Below the pieces are notes generated by a model. It saw only the letters and a program-made list of their open reading frames with translations. It did no database searches and was not told the DNA's origin. Shown one piece after another: positions 1-15,027 of a stretch of 64,000 nucleotides of DNA. This stretch comes from Macrostomum lignano (lineage: Eukaryota), in NCBI GenBank assembly GCA_002269645.1, contig NIVC01003049.1:1-64000 (forward strand), written 5' to 3'. The translations under genes were made by a program, and so were the position numbers. Every line of letters starts with the position of its first letter. The first letter of the stretch is position 1.

Positions 1-3000
1 CAAACAGAGAAATCTGTTCGAGTTGTGTCTGTGAGTGAGGTGAAGCCACCTTCTGAGAGCCAAAGCCTCAAACAAGATTGAGAGAGCTGCTTCAGTTGTG
101 TCTATAGGTTATGTGGACCACCTAAGAGCCAGAGCCTCAAACAGACAGAGAAATCTGTTCGAGTTGTGTCTGTAGGTTAGGTGGACGCCAGCTATTCTAC
201 AGCATTCTAGGCGATAATCTGAGCCAGGAATCTCCGAGAGCCTCTCGTTACACATCCAGATGTTCTGCCTTGATGCTGGACTAGCTCACTTTCTAGGAAT
301 CTGTTCTGATTGCATTCTAACAAACTGAAGCATTCTCGGCAGCTAAACTTTCTCGGCGGCTCTGAGAGCCAGAGCCTTAAACAGACAGAGAAATCTGTTC
401 GAGTTGTGTCTGTAGGTTAGGTGAACCAGCTACTGCCACAGCACTTCTAGGCGATAATCTGAGCCAGGAATCTCCGAGAGCCTCTGTTACACATCCAGAT
501 GTTCTGCTTGATGCTGGACTAGCTCACTTTCTAGGAATCTGTTCTTATTGCATTCTAACAAAATGAAGGCATTCTTGACTAAAATTTCTCGGTGGTTCTG
601 AGAGCCAGAGCCTCAAACAGACAGAGAAATCTGTTCGAGTTGTGTCTGTAGGTTAGGTGGACCAGCTACTCCACAGCACTTCTAGGGCGATAATCTGAGC
701 CAGGAATCTCCGAGAGCCTCTCGTTACACATCCAGATGATCTGCCTTGATGCTGGACTAGCTCACTTTCTAGGAATCTGTTCTGATTGCATTCTAACAAA
801 CTGAAGCATTCTCGGCACTAAACTTTCTCGGCGGCTCTGAGAGCCAGAGCCTTAAACAGACAGAGAAATCTGTTCGAGTTGTGTCTGTAGGTTAGGTGGA
901 CCAGCTATTCTACAGGCACTTCTAGGCGATAATCTGAGCCAGGAACTCCGAGAGCCTCTCGTTACACATCCAGATGTTCTGCCTTGATGCTGGACTAGCT
1001 CAGCTTTCTAGGAATCTGTTCTGATTGGCATTCTAACAAACTGAAGCATTCTCGCACTAAACTTTCTCGGCGGCTCTGAGAGCCAGAGCCTCAAACAGAC
1101 AGAGAAATCTGTTCGAGTTGTGTCTGTAGGTTAGGTGGACCAGTCTACTGTGAGTCAAAGCCTCAAACAGACTGAGAGAGCTGCTTCAGTTGTGTCTGTA
1201 GGTTATGTGGACCACCTAAGAGCCAGAGCCTCAAACAGACAGAGAAATCTGTTCGAGTTGTGTCTGTAGGTTAGGTGGACGCAGCTATTCTAGCAGCACT
1301 TCTAGGCGATAATCTGAGCCAGGAATCTCCGAGGGCCTCTCGTTACACATCCAGATGTTCTGCCTTGATACTAGACTAGCTCACTTCTAGGAATCTGTTC
1401 TGATTGCATTCTAACAAACTGAAGCATTCTCGCACTAAACTTTCTCGGCGGCTCTGAGAGCCAGAGCCTCAAACAGACAGAAATCTGTTCGAGTTGTGTC
1501 TGTAGGTTAGGTGGACGGCGCTACTCACAGCACTTCTAGGCGATAATCTGAGCCAGGAGTCTCGCGAGAGACTTTCGTTACACATCCAGATGTTCTGCCT
1601 TGATGCTGACTAGCTTACTTTCTAGGAATCTGTTCTGATTGCATTCTAACAAACTGAAGCATTCTCGCACTAAACTTTCTCGGCGGCTCTGAGAGCCAGA
1701 GCCTCAAACAGACAGAGAAATCTGTTCGAGTTGTGTCTGTAGGTTAGGTGGACCAGCTATTCTACAGCACTTCTAGGCGATAATCTGAGCCAGGAATCTC
1801 CGAGAGCCTCTCGTTACACATCCAGATGTTCTGCCTTGATGCTGGACTAGCTCACTTTCTAGGAATCTGTTCTGATTGCATTCTAACAAACTGAAGCATT
1901 CTCGCACTAAACTTTCTCGGCGGCTCTGAGAGCCAGAGCCTTAAACAGACAGAGAAATCTGTTCGAGTTGTGTCTGTAGGTTAGGTGGACCAGCTATACT
2001 ACAGCACTTCTAGGCGATAATCTGAGCCAGGAATCTCCGAGAGCCTCTCGTTACACATCCAGATGTTCTGCCTTGATGCTGGACTAGCTCACTTTCTAGG
2101 AATCTGTTCTGATTGCATTCTAACAAACTGAAGCATTCTCGGCACTAAACTTTCTCGCGGCTCTGAGAGCCAGAGCCTCAAACAGACAGAGAAATCTGTT
2201 CGAGTTGTGTCTGTAGGTTAGGTGGACCAGCTAACTGAGAGCCAAAGCCTCAAACAGACTGAGAGAGCTGCTTCAGTTGTGTCTGTAGGTTTATGTGGAC
2301 CACCTAAGAGCCAGAGCCTCAAACAGACAGGGAAATCTGTTCGAGTTGTGTCTGTAGGTTAGGTGGACCAGCTATTCTACAGCACTTCTAGGCGATAATC
2401 TGAGCAGGATCTCCGAGAGCCTCTCGTTACACATCCAGATGTTCTGCCTTGATGCTGGACTAGCTCACTTTCTAGGAATCTGTTCTGATTGCATTCTAAC
2501 AAACTGAAGCATTCTCGCACTAAACTTTCTCGGCGGCTCTGAGAGCCAGAGCCTCAAACAGACAGAGAAATCTGTTCGAGTTGTGTCTGTAGGTTAGGAC
2601 CAGCTATTCTACAGCACTTCTAGGCGATAATCTGAGCCAGGAATCTCCGAGAGCCTCTCGTTACACATCCAGATGTTCTGCCTTGATGCTGGACTAGCTC
2701 ACTTTCTAGGAATCTGTTCTGATTGCATTCTAACAAACTGAAGCATTCTCGGCACTAAACTTTCTCGGCGGCTCTGAGAGCCAGAGCCTCAAACAGACAG
2801 AGAAATCTGTTCGAGTTGTGTCTGTAGGTTAGGTGGACCAGCTATTCTACAGCACTTCTAGGCGATAATCTGAGCCAGGAATCTCCGAGAGCCTCTCGTT
2901 ACACATCCAGATGTTCTGCCTTGATGCTGGACTAGCTCACTTTCTAGAAATCTGTTCTGATTGCATTCTAACAAACTGAAGCATTCTCGGCACTAAACTT

Positions 3001-6000
3001 TCTCGGCGGCTCTGAGAGCCAGAGCCTCAAACAGACAGAGAAATCTGTTCGAGTTGTGTCTGTAGGTTAGGTGGACCAGCTATTCTACAGCACTTCTAGG
3101 CGATAATCTGAGCCAGGAATCTCCGAGAGCCTCTCGTTACACATCCAGATGTTCTGCCTTGATGCTGGACTAGCTCACTTTCTAGGAATCTGTTCTGATT
3201 GCATTCTAACAAAATGAAGCATTCTTGGCACTAAACTTTCTCGGCGGCTCTGAGAGCCAGAGCCTCAAACAGACAGAGAAATCTGTTCGAGTTGTGTCTG
3301 TAGGTTAGGTGGACCAGCTATTCTACAGCACTTCTAGGCGATAATCTGAGCCAGGAATCTCCGAGAGCCTCTCGTTACACATCCAGATGTTCTGCCTTGA
3401 TGCTGGACTAGCTCACTTTCTAGGAATCTGTTCTGATTGCATTCTAACAAACTGAAGCATTCTCGGCACTAAACTTTCTCGGCGGCTCTGAGAGCCAGAG
3501 CCTCAAACAGACAGAGAAATCTGTTCGAGTTGTGTCTGTAGGTTAGGTGGACCAGCTACTGTGAGCCAAAGCCTCAAACAGACTGAGAGAGCTGCTTCAG
3601 TTGTGTCTGTAGGTTATGTGGACCACCTAAGAGCCAGAGCCTCAAACAGACAGAGAAATCTGTTCGAGTTGTGTCTGTAGGTTAGGTGGACCAGCTATTC
3701 TACAGCACTTCTAGGCGATAATCTGAGCCAGGAATCTCCAAGGGCCTCTCGTTACACATCCAGATGTTCTGCCTTGATACTAGACTAGCTCACTTTCTAG
3801 GAATCTGTTCTGATTGCATTCTAACAAACTGAAGCATTCTCGGCACTAAACTTTCTCGGCGGCTCTGAGAGCCAGAGCCTCAAACAGACAGAGAAATCTG
3901 TTCGAGTTGTGTCTGTAGGTTAGGTGGACCAGCTATTCTACAGCACTTCTAGGCGATAATCTGAGCCAGGAATCTCCGAGAGCCTCTCGTTACACATCCA
4001 GATGTTCTGCCTTGATGCTGGACTAGCTCACTTTCTAGGAATCTGTTCTGATTGCATTCTAACAAACTGAAGCATTCTCGCACTAAACTTTCTCGGCGGC
4101 TCTGAGAGCCAGAGCCTCAAACAGACAGAGAAATCTGTTCGAGTTGTGTCTGTAGGTTAGGTGGACCAGCTATTCTACAGCACTTCTAGGCGATAATCTG
4201 AGCCAGGAATCTCCGAGAGCCTCTCGTTACACATCCAGATGTTCTGCCTTGATGCTGGACTAGCTCACTTTCTAGGAATCTGTTCTGATTGCATTCTAAC
4301 AAACTGAAGCATTCTCGGCACTAAACTTTCTCGGCGGCTCTGAGAGCCAGAGCCTCAAACAGACAGAGAAATCTGTTCGAGTTGTGTCTGTAGGTTAGGT
4401 GGACCAGCTACTGTGAGCCAAAGCCTCAAACAGACTGAGAGAGCTGCTTCAGTTGTGTCTGTAGGTTATGTGGACCACCTAAGAGCCAGAGCCTCAAACA
4501 GACAGAGAAATCTGTTCGAGTTGTGTCTGTAGGTTAGGTGGACCAGCTATTCTACAGCACTTCTAGGCGATAATCTGAGCCAGGAATCTCCGAGAGCCTC
4601 TCGTTACACATCCAGATGTTCTGCCTTGATGCTGGACTAGCTCACTTTCTAGAAATCTGTTCTGATTGCATTCTAACAAACTGAAGCATTCTCGGCACTA
4701 AACTTTCTCGGCGGCTCTGAGAGCCAGAGCCTCAAACAGACAGAGAAATCTGTTCGAGTTGTGTCTGTAGGTTAGGTGGACCAGCTATTCTACAGCACTT
4801 CTAGGCGATAATCTGAGCCAGGAATCTCCGAGAGACTTTCGTTACACATCCAGATGTTCTGCCTTGATGCTGGACTAGCTTACTTTCTAGGAATCTGTTC
4901 TTATTGCATTCTAACAAACTGAAGCATTCTCGGCACTAAACTTTTTCGGCGGCTCTGAGAGCCAGAGCCTCAAACAGACAGAGAAATCTGTTCGAGTTGT
5001 GTCTGTAGGTTAGGTGGACCAGCTATTCTACAGCACTTCTAGGCGATAATCTGAGCCAGGAATCTCCGAGAGCCTCTCGTTACACATCCAGATGTTCTGC
5101 CTTGATGCTGGACTAGCTCACTTTCTAGGAATCTGTTCTGATTGCATTCTAACAAACTGAAGCATTCTCGCACCAAACTTTCTCGGCGGCTCTGAGAGCC
5201 AGAGCCTCAAACAGACAGAGAAATCTGTTCGAGTTGTGTCTGTAGGTTAGGTGGACCAGCTATTCTACAGCACTTCTAGGCGATAATCTGAGCCAGGAAT
5301 CTCCGAGAGCCTCTCGTTACACATCCAGATGTTCTGCCTTGATGCTGGACTAGCTCACTTTCTAGGAATCTGTTCTGATTGCATTCTAACAAACTGAAGC
5401 ATTCTCGCACTAAACTTTCTCGGCGGCTCTGAGAGCCAGAGCCTCAAACAGACAGAGAAATCTGTTCGAGTTGTGTCTGTAGGTTAGGTGGACCAGCTAT
5501 TCTACAGCACTTCTAGGCGATAATCTGAGCCAGGAATCTCCGAGAGCCTCTCGTTACACATCCAGATGTTCTGCCTTGATGCTGGACTAGCTCACTTTCT
5601 AGGAATCTGTTCTGATTGCATTCTAACAAACTGAAGCATTCTCGGCACTAAACTTTCTCGGCGGCTCTGAGAGCCAGAGCCTCAAACAGACAGAGAAATC
5701 TGTTCGAGTTGTGTCTGTAGGTTAGGTGGACCAGCTATTCTACAGCACTTCTAGGCGATAATCTGAGCCAGGAATCTCCGAGAGCCTCTCGTTACACATC
5801 CAGATGTTCTGCCTTGATGCTGGACTAGCTCACTTTCTAGGAATCTGTTCTGATTGCATTCTAACAAACTGAAGCATTCTCGGCACTAAACTTTCTCGGC
5901 GGCTCTGAGAGCCAGAGCCTCAAACAGACAGAGAAATCTGTTCGAGTTGTGTCTGTAGGTTAGGTGGACCAGCTATTCTACAGCACTTCTAGGCGATAAT

Positions 6001-9000
6001 CTGAGCCAGGAATCTCCGAGAGCCTCTCGTTACACATCCAGATGTTCTGCCTTGATGCTGGACTAGCTCACTTTCTAGGAATCTGTTCTGATTGCATTCT
6101 AACAAAATGAAGCATTCTTGGCACTAAACTTTCTCGGCGGCTCTGAGAGCCAGAGCCTCAAACAGACAGAGAAATCTGTTCGAGTTGTGTCTGTAGGTTA
6201 GGTGGACCAGCTATTCTACAGCACTTCTAGGCGATAATCTGAGCCAGGAATCTCCGAGAGCCTCTCGTTACACATCCAGATGTTCTGCCTTGATGCTGGA
6301 CTAGCTCACTTTCTAGGAATCTGTTCTGATTGCATTCTAACAAACTGAAGCATTCTCGGCACTAAACTTTCTCGGCGGCTCTGAGAGCCAGAGCCTCAAA
6401 CAGACAGAGAAATCTGTTCGAGTTGTGTCTGTAGGTTAGGTGGACCAGCTACTGAGAGCCAAAGCCTCAAACAGACTGAGAGAGCTGCTTCAGTTGTGTC
6501 TGTAGGTTATGTGGACCACCTAAGAGCCAGAGCCTCAAACAGACAGAGAAATCTGTTCGAGTTGTGTCTGTAGGTTAGGTGGACCAGCTATTCTACAGCA
6601 CTTCTAGGCGATAATCTGAGCCAGGAATCTCCGAGAGCCTCTCGTTACACATCCAGATGTTCTGCCTTGATGCTGGACTAGCTCACTTTCTAGGAATCTG
6701 TTCTGATTGCATTCTAACAAACTAAAGCATTCTCGGCACTAAACTTTCTCGGCGGCTCTGAGAGCCAGAGCCTCAAACAGACAGAGAAATCTGTTCGAGT
6801 TGTGTCTGTAGGTTAGGTGAACCAGCTACTCCACAGCACTTCTAGGCGATAATCTGAGCCAGGAATCTCCGAGAGCCTCTCGTTACACATCCAGATGTTC
6901 TGCCTTGATGCTGGACTAGCTCACTTTCTAGGAATCTGTTCTGATTGCATTCTAACAAACTGAAGCATTCTCGGCACTAAACTTTCTCGGCGGCTCTGAG
7001 AGCCAGAGCCTCAAACAGACAGAGAAATCTGTTCGAGTTGTGTCTGTAGGTTAGGTGGACCAGCTATTCTACAGCACTTCTAGGCGATAATCTGAGCCAG
7101 GAATCTCCGAGAGCCTCTCGTTACACATCCAGATGTTCTGCCTTGATGCTGGACTAGCTCACTTTCTAGGAATCTTTTCTGATTGCATTCTAACAAAATG
7201 AAGCATTCTTGGCACTAAACTTTCTCGGCGGTTCTGAGAGCCAGAGCCTCAAACAGACAGAGAAATCTGTTCGAGTTGTGTCTGTAGGTTAGGTGGACCA
7301 GCTATTCTACAGCACTTCTAGGCGATAATCTGAGCCAGGAATCTCCGAGAGCCTCTCGTTACACATCCAGATGTTCTGCCTTGATGCTGGACTAGCTCAC
7401 TTTCTAGGAATCTGTTCTGATTGCATTCTAACAAACTGAAGCATTCTCGGCACTAAACTTTCTCGGCGGCTCTGAGAGCCAGAGCCTCAAACAGACAGAG
7501 AAATCTGTTCGAGTTGTGTCTGTAGGTTAGGTGGACCAGCTACTGAGAGCCAAAGCCTCAAACAGACTGAGAGAGCTGCTTCAGTTGTGTCTGTAGGTTA
7601 TGTGGACCACCTAAGAGCCAGAGCCTCAAACAGACAGAGAAATCTGTTCGAGTTGTGTCTGTAGGTTAGGTGGACCAGCTATTCTACAGCACTTCTAGGC
7701 GATAATCTGAGCCAGGAATCTCCGAGAGCCTCTCGTTACACATCCAGATGTTCTGCCTTGATGCTGGACTAGCTCACTTTCTAGGAATCTGTTCTGATTG
7801 CATTCTAACAAACTGAAGCATTCTCGGCACTAAACTTTCTCGGCGGCTCTGAGAGCCAGAGCCTCAAACAGACAGAGAAATCTGTTCGAGTTGTGTCTGT
7901 AGGTTAGGTGGACCAGCTATTCTACAGCACTTCTAGGCGATAATCTGAGCCAGGAATCTCCGAGAGCCTCTCGTTACACATCCAGATGTTCTGCCTTGAT
8001 GCTGGACTAGCTCACTTTCTAGGAATCTGTTCTGATTGCATTCTAACAAACTAAAGCATTCTCGGCACTAAACTTTCTCGGCGGCTCTGAGAGCCAGAGC
8101 CTCAAACAGACAGAGAAATCTGTTCGAGTTGTGTCTGTAGGTTAGGTGAACCAGCTACTCCACAGCACTTCTAGGCGATAATCTGAGCCAGGAATCTCCG
8201 AGAGCCTCTCGTTACACATCCAGATGTTCTGCCTTGATGCTGGACTAGCTCACTTTCTAGGAATCTGTTCTGATTGCATTCTAACAAACTGAAGCATTCT
8301 CGGCACTAAACTTTCTCGGCGGCTCTGAGAGCCAGAGCCTCAAACAGACAGAGAAATCTGTTCGAGTTGTGTCTGTAGGTTAGGTGGACCAGCTATTCTA
8401 CAGCACTTCTAGGCGATAATCTGAGCCAGGAATCTCCGAGAGCCTCTCGTTACACATCCAGATGTTCTGCCTTGATGCTGGACTAGCTCACTTTCTAGGA
8501 ATCTTTTCTGATTGCATTCTAACAAAATGAAGCATTCTTGGCACTAAACTTTCTCGGCGGTTCTGAGAGCCAGAGCCTCAAACAGACAGAGAAATCTGTT
8601 CGAGTTGTGTCTGTAGGTTAGGTGGACCAGCTATTCTACAGCACTTCTAGGCGATAATCTGAGCCAGGAATCTCCGAGAGCCTCTCGTTACACATCCAGA
8701 TGTTCTGCCTTGATGCTGGACTAGCTCACTTTCTAGGAATCTGTTCTGATTGCATTCTAACAAACTGAAGCATTCTCGGCACTAAACTTTCTCGGCGGCT
8801 CTGAGAGCCAGAGCCTCAAACAGACAGAGAAATCTGTTCGAGTTGTGTCTGTAGGTTAGGTGGACCAGCTACTGAGAGCCAAAGCCTCAAACAGACTGAG
8901 AGAGCTGCTTCAGTTGTGTCTGTAGGTTATGTGGACCACCTAAGAGCCAGAGCCTCAAACAGACAGAGAAATCTGTTCGAGTTGTGTCTGTAGGTTAGGT

Positions 9001-10320
9001 GGACCAGCTATTCTACAGCACTTCTAGGCGATAATCTGAGCCAGGAATCTCCGAGAGCCTCTCGTTACACATCCAGATGTTCTGCCTTGATGCTGGACTA
9101 GCTCACTTTCTAGGAATCTGTTCTGATTGCATTCTAACAAACTGAAGCATTCTCGGCACTAAACTTTCTCGGCGGCTCTGAGAGCCAGAGCCTCAAACAG
9201 ACAGAGAAATCTGTTCGAGTTGTGTCTGTAGGTTAGGTGGACCAGCTATTCTACAGCACTTCTAGGCGATAATCTGAGCCAGGAATCTCCGAGAGCCTCT
9301 CGTTACACATCCAGATGTTCTGCCTTGATGCTGGACTAGCTCACTTTCTAGGAATCTGTTCTGATTGCATTCTAACAAACTGAAGCATTCTCGGCACTAA
9401 ACTTTCTCGGCGGCTCTGAGAGCCAGAGCCTCAAACAGACAGAGAAATCTGTTCGAGTTGTGTCTGTAGGTTAGGTGGACCAGCTATTCTACAGCACTTC
9501 TAGGCGATAATCTGAGCCAGGAATCTCCGAGAGCCTATCGTTACACATCCAGATGTTCTGCCTTGATGCTGGACTAGCTCACTTTCTAGGAATCTGTTCT
9601 GATTGCATTCTAACAAACTGAAGCATTCTCGGCACTAAACTTTCTCGGCGGCTCTGAGAGCCAGAGCCTTAAACAGACAGAGAAATCTGTTCGAGTTGTG
9701 TCTGTAGGTTAGGTGGACTAGCTACTGAGAGCCAAAGCCTCAAACAGACTGAGAGAGCTGCTTCAGTTGTGTCTGTAGGTTATGTGGACCACCTAAGAGC
9801 CAGAGCCTCAAACAGACAGAGAAATCTGTTCGAGTTGTGTCTGTAGGTTAGGTGGACCAGCTATTCTACAGCACTTCTAGGCGATAATCTGAGCCAGGAA
9901 TCTCCGAGAGCCTCTCGTTACACATCCAGATGTTCTGCCTTGATGCTGGACTAGCTCACTTTCTAGGAATCTGTTCTGATTGCATTCTAACAAACTGAAG
10001 CATTCTCGGCACTAAACTTTCTCGGCGGCTCTGAGAGCCAGAGCCTCAAACAGACAGAGAAATCTGTTCGAGTTGTGTCTGTAGGTTAGGTGGACCAGCT
10101 ACTGAGAGCCAAAGCCTCAAACAGACTGAGAGAGCTGCTTCAGTTGTGTCTGTAGGTTATGTGGACCACCTAAGAGCCAGAGCCTCAAACAGACAGAGAA
10201 ATCTGTTCGAGTTGTGTCTGTAGGTTAGGTGGACCACCTTCTGAGAGCCAAAGCCTCAAACAGACTGAGAGAGCTGATTCAGTTGTGTCTGTAGGTTAGG
10301 TGGACCAGCTTCTCTACAGC
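1..10320. repeat. Satellite array: 238-bp monomer with interspersed 139-bp (about 71+68) short inserts
   Basis: The same motif recurs at 2763, 3001 and 3239 (period 238). Inserts of GAGCCAAAGCCTCAAACAGACTGAG...GACCACCTAA occur at about 60, 1145, 2233, 3558, 4410, 6451, 7542, 8871, 9724, 10101 and 10240. About 37 long units; the array runs off the window start. Confidence 0.98.
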
Positions 10321-11704
10321 AATTGAGTTGCAGGCCTTGCAGCTAGCTACTTTGAGATCATCAAACGAAACTCACTTTTCTGGACTCGGTGTCGACGGAT
10401 CTGCGAGCAGACTGATGATTTTCACCAGGCGATGCGGCTTCTTCGATTTCGCAGTGGCTTTTTGCGACGGTGTTTTTTTAGTTTTTATTTTAGGCTTGGC
10501 GTCCTTTTTTGCGGGTCATCATATCTTGGTTGTAGATTACAGTTTTTGGCACAATAAATTTATATATGGATGAAACTTGGAGTAAGGATTAACATTAGAC
10601 CTATTAAGTATAAAAAAAACGTTCTAATCTATACAATTGCAATCCTTTAGAGTTGTATAGTGTGGATTATAAGTACTTTCTTTTAAACTGTCGGTGTCTG
10701 GTCTCACTACGCCATGGTTTACGTGGACCACCCGCTTAGACATTATATATCCCTCTCTCTACTGTCTTACCTTCAGAACGCTTGCGGGTTTCCTATTGGC
10801 TGCGGTCGGTCCCATTGTTGGGGTGGATCTATCCTCCTAAGTGTTAACCAGCCAATTATAGAAAGGGAGGTCTGTCTGTCTGTCTGTTCCAACCCTATAC
10901 TCCTGCACATGTGTTTACGTGGACCAAACAGACAGTGAGTGTTAGGCTGACTGTTAATGCGTTCTTAGTTTTACTGGGACCGCAATCAAGTCGACCTTTT
11001 GCTAGAGAGTCAGAGACCCGATCGCTAGCTAAAAGGCCCTTCTTAATTGCGTCCTCTTGATCAAATCTTTTGCATGTACATGTATGAATTGTCCTTTTCA
11101 ATTAGGTAAATTGCATCTTCAACTTTGCACTTGAAAGGCTGCAGCTTAGGATCTTCTTCTTCCAACATTGGAGGAGGATAGAACAGGATATCCCATAGTG
11201 TTAGGATAGAATTGGCAAGCACTTAATTCATGAAGTTGCTATTTTCTTCTTGTGTAATGGTAGAGCCTCAGAAATTCGCATTTACACAGTGTGGCTATCA
11301 AGGACCACTGGGAGTTCTTGAGAAGTCATTGAAGAATACTATTTAGGCTTCACTTAAATATCTTTCTTGTCTCGGAGTCTTTATCGTTTGATCTGGTTAG
11401 CGAATTGGATTTCTTTACGTTGGTGTCTTACTCTGTGAGTCTGTGCTCAGAGTACGATACCGGAATTGCTGGAACTGAGCTAATTAAATGGAGTTTAAAG
11501 TTTACTGTATCAAATTCATTTCGCATACGAGGTTTCAGAATTTTTAATTAACCTGCGCACCTACTTGAATGTCAAAGAACTGAACGCATATTTTTTTAAA
11601 GCCAGTAGCGGTCATAATATGATGCCAACATACCCCTTTGTTCGTAAGGTAATGATCTGTAAAAAATTCAGTTTTGCATTGAATCTATGCTTAATAACTG
11701 CTAT

Positions 11705-11766
11705 ACACAAACAGACACAAACAGACACAAACAGACACAAACAGACACAAACAGACACAAACAGAC
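11705..11766. repeat. 10-bp tandem repeat (ACACAAACAG)x6
   Basis: Direct reading. Confidence 0.9.
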
Positions 11767-12061
11767 GATTTTCGAAAAATTTTCTAAAATTTTTCGGTTT
11801 ACGTGGACCAGACTCGCTCGGTTTAGGTAGACCAGGCTGGAGGTCCAGCTAAACTGAAATGCAAATAACTTTGGAAAAAACCATGCTAGACATCCCAAAA
11901 TTGCTTAAGCCTTTCTTGACCCGCCTGACATTAATGTGAGATTCTCATCAACGTCTTAACCCCACCAGAGACAAAATTATTTGGTGGTCCACCTAAGTGG
12001 TCTACCTACACCGGGTGGTCCAGCTAACGAGGCTACTGAACTTCCAAAAAGTCCACGTAAA

Positions 12062-13075
<1,014 letters not shown>

Positions 13076-13210
13076 AGTTTTAATCAATTTGTCGTGTCAA
13101 TCGAGGTCAGTCAGTTTGGTTAATGGTTAGGCAGCTTTACTATATCTTATCTAGCGGTAGATACACAGTCAATCAGTCTATCTCCTTCCCCGCAATTGTC
13201 CGCACGCCAG

Positions 13211-13954
13211 GAGGTGAACAGCAGCGTGTCAATGTTCTGCGAGAATCTCATCAGCGACGCCCTGCTTCTGCTGTTCATGTTCCTGAAAGAGGACGCCCTG
13301 AGCCGAGCCTACTGCCCCAGCCAGTGCCAGGGTGACAACGCCTGCTCCAAGGCGCTGAGCATCGAGGTCAGCTCGAATCAGTGCGCCTACAAGCACGGCG
13401 GCAGATACGAGACACCCGAGGAGTTCCGCGACATGGCCATGGCGGCCGGCTACCTGCTGCGCTTCGGCCGCCTGCTGCACCAGCACAGCATGAGCCGGTC
13501 CAACCGGCTGCGCGATGACTCCCAGCGGGCCACCGCCACCCGCAACTACGTGCAGCGCATGGAGGGCCGCTTCAAGTACAACGATTACGTCATCATGTAC
13601 ATCTCCAATGTCTACCCGGCCAGGCCGCTGTACGAAACCCGACATCCGGTGATTCTGCCGGCTATCCGCGAGTTCCTAGTAGACATGGACTACTTCTGCG
13701 ACAATCATCTGCCGTCCGGCTACGGGGACCGGCTTTTCAAACTGCGCGACAGCCTCATCAACCGGAGCCAGCGAGCCGCCGCCGTTGCTGCTCAGGCCGC
13801 CCGGCAGCCGGCGCTGGAGCCGGACAGCCTGCCGGAGAAGCTGCGGCCATTTGTGCCGACTGAAGATTACTGCGGCATCTGCGGCATGCAGCTGCTGCGC
13901 GACGAGGACGTCGAATTGGACCTGCCGCAGGCGTCTACCGGCTTCGGCTTGCAG
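13211..13954 (+). CDS. Coding exon of an uncharacterised protein (penultimate exon; carries the CxxC half of a zinc finger)
   Basis: Pyrimidine tract plus CAG acceptor at 13208-13210, open GC3-rich frame (EVNSSVSMFCENL...YCGICGMQ...STGFGLQ), donor CAG|GTAGGC at 13955, phase 0. The 5-prime end of the gene is unresolved; the first in-frame ATG is at 13232. Confidence 0.8.
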
Positions 13955-14244
13955 GTAGGCTGGTTCTTTTGGCTGATCAGAGGGGGGGCACTGCAGATAC
14001 GCCATTTGTGAGCCTCTAGCGACTAGGATTCCCTGTTGTTTGTCACCCAGGGTCACGGGTTCGACTCTTGGTCAGGACCGGTGTGAGCTCCTATCGGTTA
14101 GAATCCCTGCTTTTCAAACCTGTCCCCAGATTCAGGAGTCGAACCTGAGCACGCTCACCCACAATACCGCTGTTATTGGTGAAGCCAGTGTGCAAGTGGC
14201 ATGCCTTGTATTTATTGCGCCCTACCTGACCCCCGCGTCCGCAG

Positions 14245-14996
14245 GTCAAACTGCCATCGGTGTCCGCCCACCTGTCCTCGGATAATCACCTGCAACGCCT
14301 GAACGCATTCAAACGATTTTCCACCTTCATCGCGGACTTTCTGGACAAGCAGCGGCACTGGGAGGCAAAAATTGACGAGATTGAGCAAATCTTGAAGACC
14401 AGGTCCGGCGGCGGCGAAGGTGGCGGCGACGGCGGCCGCGAAGGCGAAGGTGGTGGCGGCGGCGGAGGCGACGTCCTGCTAGAAGCCCTGCAGACGCGCC
14501 GAACCCAGTTAAAGTCGGACATCGACCGACTGGACAAGACCATCGACACCGACATCGACAAGCTGGTGTGGGAGCGCTTCAGCGTGCACAACAGGAGCCT
14601 CGGCCAGTTGAAGAACAAATTTCACGAAAATTTCGTTCGCTACTTTGCTCAACACTTGCCAAAGAATTTCAGCTTCAGCCAGCACGGCATTGCCGCTCCG
14701 GAGGCTGCCCAGCAGCAGGCGGCTGGCGGTGGCGCCGTCCCGCAAGGCCCCGGCGCGCAGCAGCAGCAGCAGCAGCAGGGCGCCACATTTGAAGACGACG
14801 ACATGTCGCTGCAATTCGATGCCGACTATTACGACAAGTCCTTCCACGGTGTCAAGGACGAATTTACGGAAGTTGTGCGTAACCGGAACCGGAACCAACA
14901 GCAACGGTTTCAGCGGAGGAACAACTACGGCGGCGGAGGAGGCGGCGGCGGCGGTCGAAGATTCGCTGGAGGCGGAGGCGGTCGATCTGGAAGATA

Positions 14997-15027
<31 letters not shown>

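Noticed and set aside
1-2500. Higher monomer divergence at the left of the satellite as an age gradient
   Set aside because: The differences are mostly single-base indels, typical of low-coverage long-read consensus error, so they cannot be trusted as biological.
1-10320. CRISPR-like repeat-spacer array
   Set aside because: There are no unique spacers; the whole unit repeats and the context is eukaryotic.
10376-10520. Lys-rich minus-strand frame (PAKKDAKPKIKTKKTPSQK...) ending at a GTGAGT donor-like site
   Set aside because: It is preceded by in-frame stops, with no start codon, acceptor or recognisable family.
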